This document shows, one piece after another, positions 8,181 through 17,172 of a stretch of 64,000 bases of DNA. Position 1 is the first letter of the stretch. Each line of letters begins with the position of its first letter. The notes under the pieces were generated by a model, which saw only the letters and a program-made list of their open reading frames with translations, was not told the DNA's origin and searched no databases. Source of the stretch: a virus (taxonomy: Duplodnaviria > Heunggongvirae > Uroviricota > Caudoviricetes). The position numbers and the translations under genes were made by a program. Location of the stretch: IMG/VR virus record IMGVR_UViG_3300047447_000093; one strand, 5' to 3'.

Positions 8181-8873
8181 TCATTCTTCTTTTCCAATGT
8201 CTTTCAGGAGGTCAATAACCTCCGCAGCAGTAGGAGGCTTCTCCTTCTTCTTACGGGCAGGTTTCTTAGCTTTTTCCTCTACAGGTTGTTCTTCTTGTTT
8301 CTGTAGCTTCTCTGCACGAACCTTCAAACGCTCATACACTTCCTCAGGAGTGAGCCAGATTTCTTGTCCGTTGAACACACGTTCAAACTCAGGCTCTGTG
8401 AGGAAATCATTGTAGACATCTCTCGCTAAACCCTTTATACTTTTGACATAGTGGGTTGTAGAGGCTTCCATGTTCCCAGAGTGACCACCATAGCCCCAAG
8501 AGGCTGTATGAATCATGAAGGAAAGATGTTTATTCATTGTTACCATATGAGCTTTAAGAACAATGAATGTTGCAGCAGAGGCAACATCACTATCTACGTG
8601 TACGTGTACAAAAGCCTCTGTGTTCTCCAGTGCAGAAATTAGAGGGATGACAGAGGCAACACTACCACCGGGAGAAGTGAGCCTAATTTGTACTAAATCG
8701 TTCTCTGTTGCTTGCTCTAGAATGTTTACAAGTTGGGAAAACTGAGATACATGGACAAATTCTTCATCAATGTCCACTTCGTAACGTTGTGCGACAGGCG
8801 TAGCTGCCACTTCAAATGGTTTGGGGTCTTGCTGGAACAACTTCATAATATCTTGCTTAGGTTGTCTGTTCAT
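8181..8873 (-). CDS. ClpP-like serine protease (S14 family)
   Basis: SPGGSVASVIPLISAL and MIHTASWG align to the ClpP SPGG and catalytic His regions. Lys-rich C-terminal tail. Confidence 0.5.
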   Translation of the reverse strand: MNRQPKQDIMKLFQQDPKPFEVAATPVAQRYEVDIDEEFVHVSQFSQLVNILEQATENDLVQIRLTSPGGSVASVIPLISALENTEAFVHVHVDSDVASAATFIVLKAHMVTMNKHLSFMIHTASWGYGGHSGNMEASTTHYVKSIKGLARDVYNDFLTEPEFERVFNGQEIWLTPEEVYERLKVRAEKLQKQEEQPVEEKAKKPARKKKEKPPTAAEVIDLLKDIGKEE

Positions 8874-8882
8874 AGTTGCTCC

Positions 8883-9620
8883 TTACTTGCCGTGATTCTC
8901 TGAATAGCCAGCACCCAGAGAGTTAAGTTGTTCAATCATTTTTAGTCTGTGCTCACAAGCGAGTTTAAAGGATGGGAGTAGTCCATACATATCTACTGAA
9001 AATCTTTTAGAGGCAACTCCACCTTCCAGTTTATTCCACTGCGCTTTTGCATACAGTTTTACGCCACCCTTCCAAGTTTTTGCATCCCAAGATACTCCTG
9101 AAAACCCACTTGTATTATTTGTTTGAAAGGTCTTATTTCTTGCTTGCTGGTAATTGGTTGCCCAACGGATATTACCTCGTTCGTAACCTTTCGAGTTTTC
9201 AATTCGGTCTAGAGTATATCTCCTGCCGTCTTGGTGCATCATACCAATGTAGTCTAAAAAATCTTTAAATGAGTCTGAGAATTCTGCACTCATTGTGATT
9301 CCTTTTGCACCATATTCTGAAAAAGTTTTACAGGCAGGATTGAAACACCTTTCTTTAGCTTTACACCAAGACTTGTATTCTTTTGTTTCTTTCAATCCGT
9401 GATAGTTGTCCCTTTCTTTCACAGACTCTCGCATGTAACAGCCACATGATTTGGTGTGGCCGCTGAGAATGTTACCTGTTGAGGACTTATACTCATTTCC
9501 GCAATCACAAGTGAATTTCCAGATATAATTACCACCATTATTCTTTGTAAAAGTGTTTTCTAATGCTGTTAATTTTCCATATTTATTACCAGTTATATCT
9601 TTTGGTTTACTTGACATCAA
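8883..9620 (-). CDS. HNH-AP2 homing endonuclease-like protein
   Basis: LDRIENSKGYERGNIRWAT is an HNH_3 motif; GFSGVSWDAKTWKGGVK is an AP2-type domain. Paralogous to 50433..51149 and 55919..56689. Confidence 0.6.
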   Translation of the reverse strand: MMSSKPKDITGNKYGKLTALENTFTKNNGGNYIWKFTCDCGNEYKSSTGNILSGHTKSCGCYMRESVKERDNYHGLKETKEYKSWCKAKERCFNPACKTFSEYGAKGITMSAEFSDSFKDFLDYIGMMHQDGRRYTLDRIENSKGYERGNIRWATNYQQARNKTFQTNNTSGFSGVSWDAKTWKGGVKLYAKAQWNKLEGGVASKRFSVDMYGLLPSFKLACEHRLKMIEQLNSLGAGYSENHGK

Positions 9621-10378
9621 AACCCTCCTACACCTTTATAAGCCTTAATAACCGTTTTCACAATTTCCGAGCGCTGAATATCCTCAATATCAAATTCATG
9701 ATAGTCTACGCCGTCGTAACGTGGGAAATACTCTCCGTCTTTGATAACAAAGAAGCGCTGAATAGCGTCTGCCAGTGCATTACGGTCTTTTCCAGTAGAA
9801 TATAGTTGATTAGAACATCCCGCAATGACAACCTTGCTGTCTCTTCCTGTGCGTTCAAGCAGGAGCTTCAAAATCATTGGTTGAAGTTGTTGTGCTTCAT
9901 CAATAAGAACAAGACTATTGTGGATTGTGCTACCAAGCATGTAATTTGGAATTTTGAAGTGGATTCGTTTATCTAGGTCTGCTTCTACTCGACCCTTACC
10001 AAGAAATTTCTCTAGAATTTCTCGTGTACTAGCGAAGTGGATAGCTAATTTATCAGATAACGTACTTGGTAAAAATCCAACCTTGTCACCGCCAATTTCA
10101 ACCGGAGTTCTAACAATAACAATTTGTTTGTATGGATCAGCAATATACTCACGGCAGAATTCAAACAAAGTAGCGGAAGTTTTACCTGTACCTGCTTCAC
10201 TATCACAGAACACTAAGGTATTTTCGCGGATTTTGTTGATGAGGGTTTTTTGCGCAGGGGTTGGTGTAAATTTCTCTTGTAGTTTTGTACTGTTCTCTTC
10301 TATGTATTTTGTGTTGGTAGGAGCTTTTTCAGAAGCTATCTTGCTCTTACGAGTATTTCTAACTGCGCTTTTCGACAT
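9617..10378 (-). CDS. phoH: PhoH-like ATPase
   Basis: Walker A SEAGTGKTS, Walker B LVLIDEAQ, typical ~250 aa phage PhoH. Confidence 0.75.
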   Translation of the reverse strand: MSKSAVRNTRKSKIASEKAPTNTKYIEENSTKLQEKFTPTPAQKTLINKIRENTLVFCDSEAGTGKTSATLFEFCREYIADPYKQIVIVRTPVEIGGDKVGFLPSTLSDKLAIHFASTREILEKFLGKGRVEADLDKRIHFKIPNYMLGSTIHNSLVLIDEAQQLQPMILKLLLERTGRDSKVVIAGCSNQLYSTGKDRNALADAIQRFFVIKDGEYFPRYDGVDYHEFDIEDIQRSEIVKTVIKAYKGVGGF

Positions 10379-10447
10379 GTATTACACCTCACAGAAATGT
10401 TAAAAGGGACTTCTCAATAGTACACTGAGAGTCCCTATATGTCAATT

Positions 10448-10645
10448 TTACATCGGCTCAAGCCATGTTACTTCTTGAGGGAGTATTTCAAATAATTCTT
10501 CATCATCTTCTAGAACAATTTGAAATCCCTGAGTATCATGTTGCCAAAATGACTTGATGTGATAGAAACGGTTATTATACAAAACAACAACACCCTTTCT
10601 CAATTCATGAATAGGGACAGAGCCATTTTCAAATTTAACGTTCAT
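10448..10645 (-). CDS. hypothetical protein
   Basis: 65-aa ORF. Confidence 0.35.
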   Translation of the reverse strand: MNVKFENGSVPIHELRKGVVVLYNNRFYHIKSFWQHDTQGFQIVLEDDEELFEILPQEVTWLEPM

Positions 10646-10881
10646 TATTTAGCCCTAGCTGGACGCCCTTGTTTCTTTGCCTCTGTAGGAGCAGATTCAA
10701 TAGGTGTTTCTTCTACAACAGCTTCATCTTCCCCACGTTCTACATTCACCACATACAAACCTCCAAAGAAGTTTACAGGATATTGCTCACTGATGCGCCA
10801 GCCATCTAGAATAGCCTCTTGCAGCATGAAACCAAATACAACAATACTCGGCTCTACCATCTCTTTAATTTCTTTACTCAT
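10645..10881 (-). CDS. hypothetical protein
   Basis: ATG 10881 with GAAGGAG RBS. The track used TTG 10887. Confidence 0.4.
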   Translation of the reverse strand: MSKEIKEMVEPSIVVFGFMLQEAILDGWRISEQYPVNFFGGLYVVNVERGEDEAVVEETPIESAPTEAKKQGRPARAK

Positions 10882-10996
10882 TGTCAACTCCTTCAGTTAG
10901 GTTGTTAATCTCATCCACAGAATACTCTTCTATACCCTGTTCAAAATATTCATATTTAGTTACAAAACTGTCAACATCAAAATACTCTTCGGTCAC
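10874..10996 (-). CDS. small acidic protein (40 aa, not in track)
   Basis: GTG start 6 nt after AAGGAGGG. Stop overlaps the next start. First gene of the minus operon. Confidence 0.3.
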   Translation of the reverse strand: MTEEYFDVDSFVTKYEYFEQGIEEYSVDEINNLTEGVDNE

Positions 10997-11066
10997 ACTT
11001 TACCCTCCTTGTTTGTAACATAAAGCCTATCTTACACCATGTAAAAGTTTCTGTCAATATGGAAAA

Positions 11067-11095
11067 TTGACAACAAACAACATTTGTGCTACTAT
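11067..11095 (+). promoter_or_regulatory. sigma70-like promoter TTGACA-17-TACTAT
   Basis: Divergent intergenic region between the minus accessory block and the + late genes. Confidence 0.5.
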
Positions 11096-11120
11096 TAAGC
11101 TTATTTGGAGGCATTCTAAC

Positions 11121-11606
11121 ATGGAAGAAGAGAAAGATACAAGCACAGAAATAGTGGTTGTAGAGGAGTCAACAAACGTTGTAAAAAGAGGCCCGTACAA
11201 GAAAACTAGGAAAGCTAACACATTCCTAAAACCTAAAGGGCATGACTTAGACAAGGCAATCAAACAATCTGGACGATATCTACAAACAGCTTTGGAGACT
11301 CTTGTACACATATCTGTAGACAAAAATGCTGCTGACAAAGATAGGCGTATGGCTGCTGAAGCTATCCTCACTCTACATACAAAGATGGTTGATCAAAGGG
11401 ATAAGGATGAAATTATCCGTCTAGAGAAAGAAGTGGTGTTGCTGAAGCTTGTAGGTGCGGGAACTACTACACCAGAGGATGATGAAGAGGAAGATGAGGA
11501 TGACACTCCTGCTGTTGATTTCCTCAATGTACATGAAGATTTTAGGGATCAACCTGTGATTGATGTACAGATGACAGAACAAATACTTGACAAAGAAGAA
11601 GATTGA
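11121..11606 (+). CDS. putative small terminase subunit / DNA-binding protein
   Basis: 161 aa, basic N-terminal half and acidic C-terminus. Sits upstream of the large terminase. GGAGG RBS. Assigned by position only. Confidence 0.3.
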   Translation: MEEEKDTSTEIVVVEESTNVVKRGPYKKTRKANTFLKPKGHDLDKAIKQSGRYLQTALETLVHISVDKNAADKDRRMAAEAILTLHTKMVDQRDKDEIIRLEKEVVLLKLVGAGTTTPEDDEEEDEDDTPAVDFLNVHEDFRDQPVIDVQMTEQILDKEED

Positions 11607-11732
11607 GTATACAATACACATATTGAAGCTTCTAAAGAGGCTTCTTTCCTGAATCTTCTCCTAAAACGGGCTACGTCCCCTCCTACGGAAGCACGAAGAG
11701 GTTGTAGAGGATTCTTCAGGAAAGATTATTAC

Positions 11733-11807
11733 CTATGTGTAGGCTAGTGGTAAGTCACTCCGTTTGGGGCGGAGGTATCGGTGGTTCGATCCCATCCACA
11801 TAGACCA
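11733..11807 (+). tRNA. tRNA-Pro (UGG)
   Basis: Cloverleaf with C1-G72 (as in E. coli tRNA-Pro). Anticodon loop TTTGGGG, T-arm GGTGG-TTCGATC-CCATC, CCA encoded. Confidence 0.7.
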
Positions 11808-11814
11808 GTTTTAC

Positions 11815-11887
11815 AAAGCATTCGTCTAACGGTTAGGACACATGGACTTTCAATCCGTGGATGAGGAAGTCGAATCCTCATGCTATA
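11815..11887 (+). tRNA. tRNA-Glu (UUC)
   Basis: D-arm TCGTCTAACGGTTAGGACAC closely matches E. coli tRNA-Glu. Anticodon loop CTTTCAA. One A-A mismatch in the acceptor and an unusual 6-bp anticodon stem. Confidence 0.55.
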
Positions 11888-11899
11888 CTAGAATAAAGA

Positions 11900-11984
11900 G
11901 GGTTCGTGGTGGAATTGGTATACACGCTAGTCTTAGGAATTAGTGCCGAAAGGATTGAGGGATCGTGACCCTCCGAACCTACCA
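11900..11984 (+). tRNA. tRNA-Leu (UAG)
   Basis: Class II tRNA: 3-bp D-stem with 11-nt loop, anticodon loop CTTAGGA, long variable arm, T-arm GAGGG-ATCGTGA-CCCTC, CCA encoded. Confidence 0.7.
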
Positions 11985-11992
11985 AGTTTTAT

Positions 11993-12077
11993 GGACGTAT
12001 GGAGGAATTGGTATACTCAGCAGACTTAAAATCTGCCGCCGAAAGGATTGTGGGATCGTGGCCCACTACGTCTACCA
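11993..12077 (+). tRNA. tRNA-Leu (UAA)
   Basis: Class II tRNA, anticodon loop CTTAAAA, T-arm GTGGG-ATCGTGG-CCCAC, CCA encoded. Confidence 0.7.
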
Positions 12078-12086
12078 CATAACAAT

Positions 12087-12162
12087 GCTACTTTAGCTCA
12101 GTTGCTAGAGCGCTTCACTTGTAATGAAGATGTCAGGGGTTGGAATCCTCTAAGTAGCACCA
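12087..12162 (+). tRNA. tRNA-Thr (UGU)
   Basis: Acceptor GCTACTT/AAGTAGC, D-arm GCTC..GAGC, anticodon loop CTTGTAA, CCA encoded. Confidence 0.75.
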
Positions 12163-12167
12163 AACAT

Positions 12168-12242
12168 TGTCTAGTAGCTCAATGGTAGAGCAAGTGACTG
12201 TTAATCACTAGGTTATTGGTTCGATGCCAGTCTAGACAGCCA
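12168..12242 (+). tRNA. tRNA-Asn (GUU)
   Basis: Acceptor TGTCTAG/CTAGACA, anticodon stem AGTGA/TCACT, loop CTGTTAA, T-loop TTCGATG, CCA encoded. Confidence 0.7.
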
Positions 12243-12248
12243 AACAAC

Positions 12249-12322
12249 GCGGGATTGGTATAGAGGTTGTGCAATGCCCTTCCAAGGCATCTACGCCGGT
12301 TCGATTCCGGCATTCCGCTCCA
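12249..12322 (+). tRNA. tRNA-Gly (UCC)
   Basis: Acceptor GCGGGAT/ATTCCGC, anticodon stem ATGCC/GGCAT, loop CTTCCAA, T-arm GCCGG-TTCGATT-CCGGC, CCA encoded. Confidence 0.75.
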
Positions 12323-12395
12323 AATAAAACAAACGTCCCACAACCGGCAATCAGAGCCGTTCTTTGTCGTGTTTGTTTTAACAACAAGGAGAACT

Positions 12396-12545
12396 ATGAG
12401 TACATATCACGAAGAAGCGGGGAAAGGCTCTCATCGTCGTACAGAAGACCGTGAATTAATAGAGTCCAATTGGGACAAAATTGATTGGTCTAAGAAGGTG
12501 GATAAAGAAGAAGAGAATTCGGTTGCAGCAGATGCATCGGAATAA
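12396..12545 (+). CDS. small acidic protein (49 aa)
   Basis: ATG after AAGGAGAACT. This is the C-terminal part of track ORF 12267..12545, whose 5' part overlaps tRNA-Gly and is rejected. Confidence 0.35.
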   Translation: MSTYHEEAGKGSHRRTEDRELIESNWDKIDWSKKVDKEEENSVAADASE

Positions 12546-12693
12546 TCCCTGTTTGGGAGTAACAGCCATCGTGGGCTTTAACACGTAATAAAGTTGTGGC
12601 GAGGGAGCGAGTATTGCGCTCCATGTTATAGGAGCAGGACAGACTAATTTATTTTGGTCGATTTAGGGTGGCACTATAACACTAATTCAGAAG

Positions 12694-12716
12694 GGACGCT
12701 TTGCGCGTCCTTTTGT
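12694..12716 (+). terminator. rho-independent terminator upstream of terL
   Basis: GGACGC-TTTGC-GCGTCC followed by TTTTGTCGTTT. Confidence 0.6.
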
Positions 12717-12734
12717 CGTTTGTAAAGGAAAAGT

Positions 12735-14255
12735 ATGGCTGAAAAGAAACAGAAAAAGACATACGCCCCTATTTCGGAGAAACAACGAATTGTTCTAGCA
12801 GATACCACAACAGATGTGATCCTTCTAGGCGGCGGGGCAGGCGGAGGCAAGTCTGCTGTGTGCTTAATTAAAAATTTAGATGGCATCAAAGATAGAAGTT
12901 TCCGTTGTGTTATTCTCCGACGATATGAACCAGAATTGAAGAAACAGGGTGGCTTGATAGACACATCTAAGGAAATCTATAACGATTTTACCAAGATTCC
13001 TTATAAAACACAAGCAAAGATTTGGGAATTTCCTAGTGGTGCAACAATTGGATTCTCCGCAATTTCTTGTGATGACGATTTAGGTTCGTGGCAGGGATCA
13101 CAGCTTACGCGCATCATGGTTGACGAAGCGGCAGACAAGTGGACAGAGAAACAGATATTGTTCTTGCAGTCTCGTCTTCGTACAGTTGGCTCTAAGATTC
13201 ACCCTCAATTGATTTTAACGTGCAATCCTGACATCAACTCTTTTTTAAAGAATTGGGTTGACTACTCTCTTGACCCAGATTCAGGCGTCCCTGTGGAAGG
13301 CACTGAGCACAGAATTCGTTGGTTCTGTGTGGAAGACAATGTAGCTAAATGGGCAGATAGCCCTGAAGAGTGTTATGAGTTATATGGCAAGCCTAAGAAC
13401 TTAATATATGCACATGGAATGACAGAAGCACAAATGAATATGCTTTCTAAGGAGGATAGATTACGTTTGTTCATGCCAAAGAGTTTCCGATTCATTCCTA
13501 CAAATGTTTTTGACAACCCTTACTTGTTACCCCCAAGAAACACAAGTTACCTTTCGTCCTTACTAGCACAGCCATATGTAAACCAATTGAAATTCTTGCA
13601 TGGCTCTTGGACAGCACGAGAGCAAGGAAGTATGTTCTTTGACAGGTCTTGGGTAGAAATGGTTGAATTGCCGCCATCACAAGCAACAAGAGTAAGAGCT
13701 TGGGATTTCGCATCTGAAGAAAAGACAAAGACGAATAACCCTGACTGGACTGCCGGTGTTAAAATGAGCCGGGATAGGTTTGGTACATATTATATAGAAG
13801 ATGTGGTAAGGTTTCAAGCCACTACAGATAAAGTGCTGAAAAAAGTGGCTGAAGTGGCTAAAGAAGATGGTGTTGATGGATGTACAGTTGTTATTCCAGT
13901 TGACCCCGGAGCCGCAGGTAAATCTGCTGTGTTTTTATACAGAACTGTACTTTCTGAAAATGGTGTTCCTACTAAAACTGCCCCGGTTGTCTCTGGCAAA
14001 TCTAAACTTACAAGATTCCTTCCTTTTTGCTCTATGGCAGAGGCTGGCAACATTAAAGTTGTCCGTGGAGAGTGGAACGAGGAATTTTTCAAAGAGCTTG
14101 AAGCGTTCTCTTCTGATTTGAAACTTCAGAAAACACAGAAAGATGATCAGGTTGATAGTGCTAGTGATGCTTTCACATCTTTAGCTAAGAATATATATAT
14201 GCCAGATTTTAGTATGCCATCTCTTACACAAACTAGTCCTATTCCCTCCCTATAA
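12735..14255 (+). CDS. terL: terminase large subunit
   Basis: 506 aa. Walker A LLGGGAGGGKS, then ATPase/nuclease architecture. Sits upstream of the portal gene. Confidence 0.85.
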   Translation: MAEKKQKKTYAPISEKQRIVLADTTTDVILLGGGAGGGKSAVCLIKNLDGIKDRSFRCVILRRYEPELKKQGGLIDTSKEIYNDFTKIPYKTQAKIWEFPSGATIGFSAISCDDDLGSWQGSQLTRIMVDEAADKWTEKQILFLQSRLRTVGSKIHPQLILTCNPDINSFLKNWVDYSLDPDSGVPVEGTEHRIRWFCVEDNVAKWADSPEECYELYGKPKNLIYAHGMTEAQMNMLSKEDRLRLFMPKSFRFIPTNVFDNPYLLPPRNTSYLSSLLAQPYVNQLKFLHGSWTAREQGSMFFDRSWVEMVELPPSQATRVRAWDFASEEKTKTNNPDWTAGVKMSRDRFGTYYIEDVVRFQATTDKVLKKVAEVAKEDGVDGCTVVIPVDPGAAGKSAVFLYRTVLSENGVPTKTAPVVSGKSKLTRFLPFCSMAEAGNIKVVRGEWNEEFFKELEAFSSDLKLQKTQKDDQVDSASDAFTSLAKNIYMPDFSMPSLTQTSPIPSL

Positions 14256-14258
14256 TAC

Positions 14259-14308
14259 CACAAATCTACAAGATTGTGTAATAATTTGACACGAAGTTGT
14301 TTTCGTGT
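14259..14308 (+). promoter_or_regulatory. nested palindrome enclosing a consensus promoter (TTGACA-17-TACAAT)
   Basis: Outer 9-bp inverted repeat CAAGATTGT/ACAATCTTG. Inner 7-bp inverted repeat ACACGAA/TTCGTGT occupies the promoter spacer. Confidence 0.45.
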
Positions 14309-14341
14309 TACAATCTTGCAATAAATGAACAGGAGTAACAC

Positions 14342-15823
14342 ATGGCGACAAAGAAGCCTCAAAGTTCGGCTCTTGAAGCTGACCCTGATACAGCACTACC
14401 CCGCATTGCTCTAGGCGAACAAGGTGTTTCCGGCCTACGTATAGCTAATAACCAAATTTACGCAGAGCGTAATAAAGTATTCCAATACCCTAACTTGTTA
14501 CAAGTTGTAAATGAAATGTCTGCACACCCTACGGTGTGCTCTGCCTTCAATGTTTATAACTTAATGGTTAATTCTGTGCCTTGGTATGTTTGTCCTCCTG
14601 AGAATGCAACAGACGTAGAAAAAGAACGTTGTGTTTTTGTGCAGTCGTGTATGACTGATATGGAACATTCTTGGGGGCAATTCATTACTGAAGTAACTAC
14701 ATATTTAAAATATGGCTTTCAAGTAAGTGAAAAAGTATTTCGCAGACGCTTAAAGAAGAATGGAAGCAAATATAATGATGGTAAGATTGGTCTTCGTAAA
14801 TTAAGTCCCCGTAGTCAAGAGACTATTGCAAAATGGTACTACTCTGAAGATGGAAGAAATCTTGTAGGTATTGGGCAGTCGCTTCAAAATCTGGAAAACC
14901 AGTGGAGATATGAGAATATCAAGAATAAAGATGGAGTTCTTCAAATTGACAGGGAAAAATTCTTATTGTTTTCTGCTGACAGTACGAACGGAAATCCACA
15001 AGGTCAGAGCTTATTGAAGGCTGTATTCCTACCTTATAAACAATTAAGTTTATTGCAAGATCAATTAATGTTGGGAATTGCTAAAGATTTACAGGGGATT
15101 CCTGCTATTGGTATTCCGCCAAAGCTGTTGAGTCCTGATGCAACAAGCTCAGAAAAAGCTGCTGCACAACAGTTTATTGATATGGCAACCAACCTTGTAA
15201 AAGGAACACAATCTGGTATTGTCTACCCTTTAATGTATGATGAGAATGCCAATAAAACTGTAGAAATTCAACTGTTAGAAGCTAAATATGGGAAGTCTTT
15301 TAACATACCTGAAGTAATTGCAGCTTTGCAGACAGACATATTGGTTGCATTAGGGGTTGACGTAATCAAGCTTGGTGCAAATCAACAAGGTTCTTATTCC
15401 TTAGCATCCAGCAAAGAGAATTTACTATCCATGACTGTAGAATACCGTTTGAAAGAAATTCGTTCTGTTCTCAATCAAGACTTAATGCGTTCTATTTACG
15501 AGTTAAATGGTTGGAATACAGATAGAATGGGTACTTTTGAGTACGGGGATATCCTTGATGCAGATTTGGAAGAAATTTCTAAATTTGTACAGCGTACTAA
15601 GTCTGTTGGCATTCTGCCGCGCACACTGGAAGTTGTTAATAAAGTTCTTGAGTCTCTGGGGCTTCAACCTCTTCCTGAAGACACTGTGTTAGATGAAAAA
15701 CTGTTCCCAGAGGACATGCAATCTAGATCGGGAGATGGAATGGCTAAAGGCTCTGGTAATGGTACATCTAACAAGCCAGCAGGTAGAGACAAATCATCTG
15801 ATAATTCTGAAAATGCAGCATAA
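14342..15823 (+). CDS. portal protein
   Basis: 493 aa, between terL and the prohead protease, acidic C-terminus. Assigned by order and size. Confidence 0.6.
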   Translation: MATKKPQSSALEADPDTALPRIALGEQGVSGLRIANNQIYAERNKVFQYPNLLQVVNEMSAHPTVCSAFNVYNLMVNSVPWYVCPPENATDVEKERCVFVQSCMTDMEHSWGQFITEVTTYLKYGFQVSEKVFRRRLKKNGSKYNDGKIGLRKLSPRSQETIAKWYYSEDGRNLVGIGQSLQNLENQWRYENIKNKDGVLQIDREKFLLFSADSTNGNPQGQSLLKAVFLPYKQLSLLQDQLMLGIAKDLQGIPAIGIPPKLLSPDATSSEKAAAQQFIDMATNLVKGTQSGIVYPLMYDENANKTVEIQLLEAKYGKSFNIPEVIAALQTDILVALGVDVIKLGANQQGSYSLASSKENLLSMTVEYRLKEIRSVLNQDLMRSIYELNGWNTDRMGTFEYGDILDADLEEISKFVQRTKSVGILPRTLEVVNKVLESLGLQPLPEDTVLDEKLFPEDMQSRSGDGMAKGSGNGTSNKPAGRDKSSDNSENAA

Positions 15824-15832
15824 AGGAAACAA

Positions 15833-16690
15833 ATGAAAAAACAAAATATTTTGCTGCGACTTACTCAGAGTATTTATTCTACTCCGCAGCTTATTACAGC
15901 AGAAGCTTTTGCTCCGATTGACCAATATTTACAAGATCGTAATTCTGGGGTTCTCCTGTATCGAGATGGAAAAGCAGAAGATACCCCTCCTGCAAAACCT
16001 GAACTTTTCTACAACAAGAAGCAGAAAATTGGTGTTCTAAATATTGACGGCACTCTTACCAATAAACCTGTTGTTACGTTGTGTGGAGAAGTAGGTACAG
16101 CATACTCCACTTTGGTAGAACAAGCAAGTGAAATGTTGGATGCAGGTGTTACTACTATCATCATGAGTGTAGATAGTGGAGGTGGAGAAGCTTTCAATTG
16201 TTTCCAATCAGCCTCTACTGTACGGGAAATGGCTGATAAAGCCGGTGCAAAAATCTACGGATATAACGGCGGTATGGCGGCTTCTGCTGCTTATGCTTGG
16301 CTCTCTATTTGTGATGAAGTGTTTGCTCACCCTGATGCAGATACAGGCTCCATTGGTGTTTTGGTTAGTCTACTAGATACCTCTAAGGCAATGGAACAAC
16401 AGGGGTACAAGCGAGTGTTTGTAACAGCAGGAGAGCAAAAAATTCCATATGCAGAAGATGGAAGTTTTAAAAAAGAATTCTTGCAAGATTTGCAGTACAA
16501 GGTGGATGCGTTGTATGAGAACTTTGTTTCTCATGTGTCTAAATATATAGGTTTGTCAGCGGAGGCTATTAAGGCCACTAAGGCAAAAACCTTCATGTCT
16601 AAGGACTCCTTGGAGCTTGGACTGATTGATGGAATTAAGACTGAAGAAGAGTTTCAGGCTTATGTGATTTCTAAACATAAAGGTGATTAA
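15833..16690 (+). CDS. prohead protease (S49/ClpP-like fold)
   Basis: 285 aa. SVDSGGGEA and GGMAASAAYAWL regions typical of S49/SppA-type head-maturation proteases. Confidence 0.55.
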   Translation: MKKQNILLRLTQSIYSTPQLITAEAFAPIDQYLQDRNSGVLLYRDGKAEDTPPAKPELFYNKKQKIGVLNIDGTLTNKPVVTLCGEVGTAYSTLVEQASEMLDAGVTTIIMSVDSGGGEAFNCFQSASTVREMADKAGAKIYGYNGGMAASAAYAWLSICDEVFAHPDADTGSIGVLVSLLDTSKAMEQQGYKRVFVTAGEQKIPYAEDGSFKKEFLQDLQYKVDALYENFVSHVSKYIGLSAEAIKATKAKTFMSKDSLELGLIDGIKTEEEFQAYVISKHKGD

Positions 16691-17169
16691 TGAAATTAGC
16701 TGATCTGATGAAACGATTTGGCTTGTCGGCAAAGGAAGAGTCCGCACAAGTTGATCTGAAAGATACGGAAGAGTTGCAAGAACTGCTTGCTGCTTTTGAT
16801 GAAAAAGAAACCCAATTGATTGAAGCTCTTGATCAAATTGATGAACTAACTAAACAAATGGAGAAGTTTGAGGAAGCTAAAGTTGCCGCTGAACAAGCTG
16901 CTGCTGAGGCTGTCGCAAAAGCTCACAAAGAAAAAGTTGAAGCTCGTATGAGTAAACTGGCAGCAGAATTTGGTGATGAGAAAGCAGCCAAGTTTGAGAA
17001 GTTTGCTGAAACCATGAATGATACCGAATTTGCAGAAGTTTTCGGTGTACAAAAAGAACTAGCAGCGAAACAAGACGAATCTTTCGCTGAATCTGGTGTT
17101 GATGCAAAAGTGAAAGAGGAAAAAAAGCCTGCACACTTTAAACAATTTATCAAGAAACAAGGGAAATAA
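16690..17169 (+). CDS. scaffolding protein
   Basis: 159 aa, highly charged, Ala/Glu/Lys-rich and predicted coiled-coil. Lies between the protease and the capsid genes. Confidence 0.5.
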   Translation: MKLADLMKRFGLSAKEESAQVDLKDTEELQELLAAFDEKETQLIEALDQIDELTKQMEKFEEAKVAAEQAAAEAVAKAHKEKVEARMSKLAAEFGDEKAAKFEKFAETMNDTEFAEVFGVQKELAAKQDESFAESGVDAKVKEEKKPAHFKQFIKKQGK

Positions 17170-17172
17170 GAA

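Noticed and set aside
11607-11732. Possible additional tRNA between the terS stop and tRNA-Pro
   Set aside because: Hairpins are present (GAAGC...GCTTC and CCTGAA...TTCAGG), but no cloverleaf with a T-loop could be drawn. This is more likely a terminator or structured leader.
12267-12545. 92-aa ORF and overlapping 12269..12454 ORF
   Set aside because: The 5' portions overlap tRNA-Gly. Only the 12396..12545 segment, which has an RBS, is kept.
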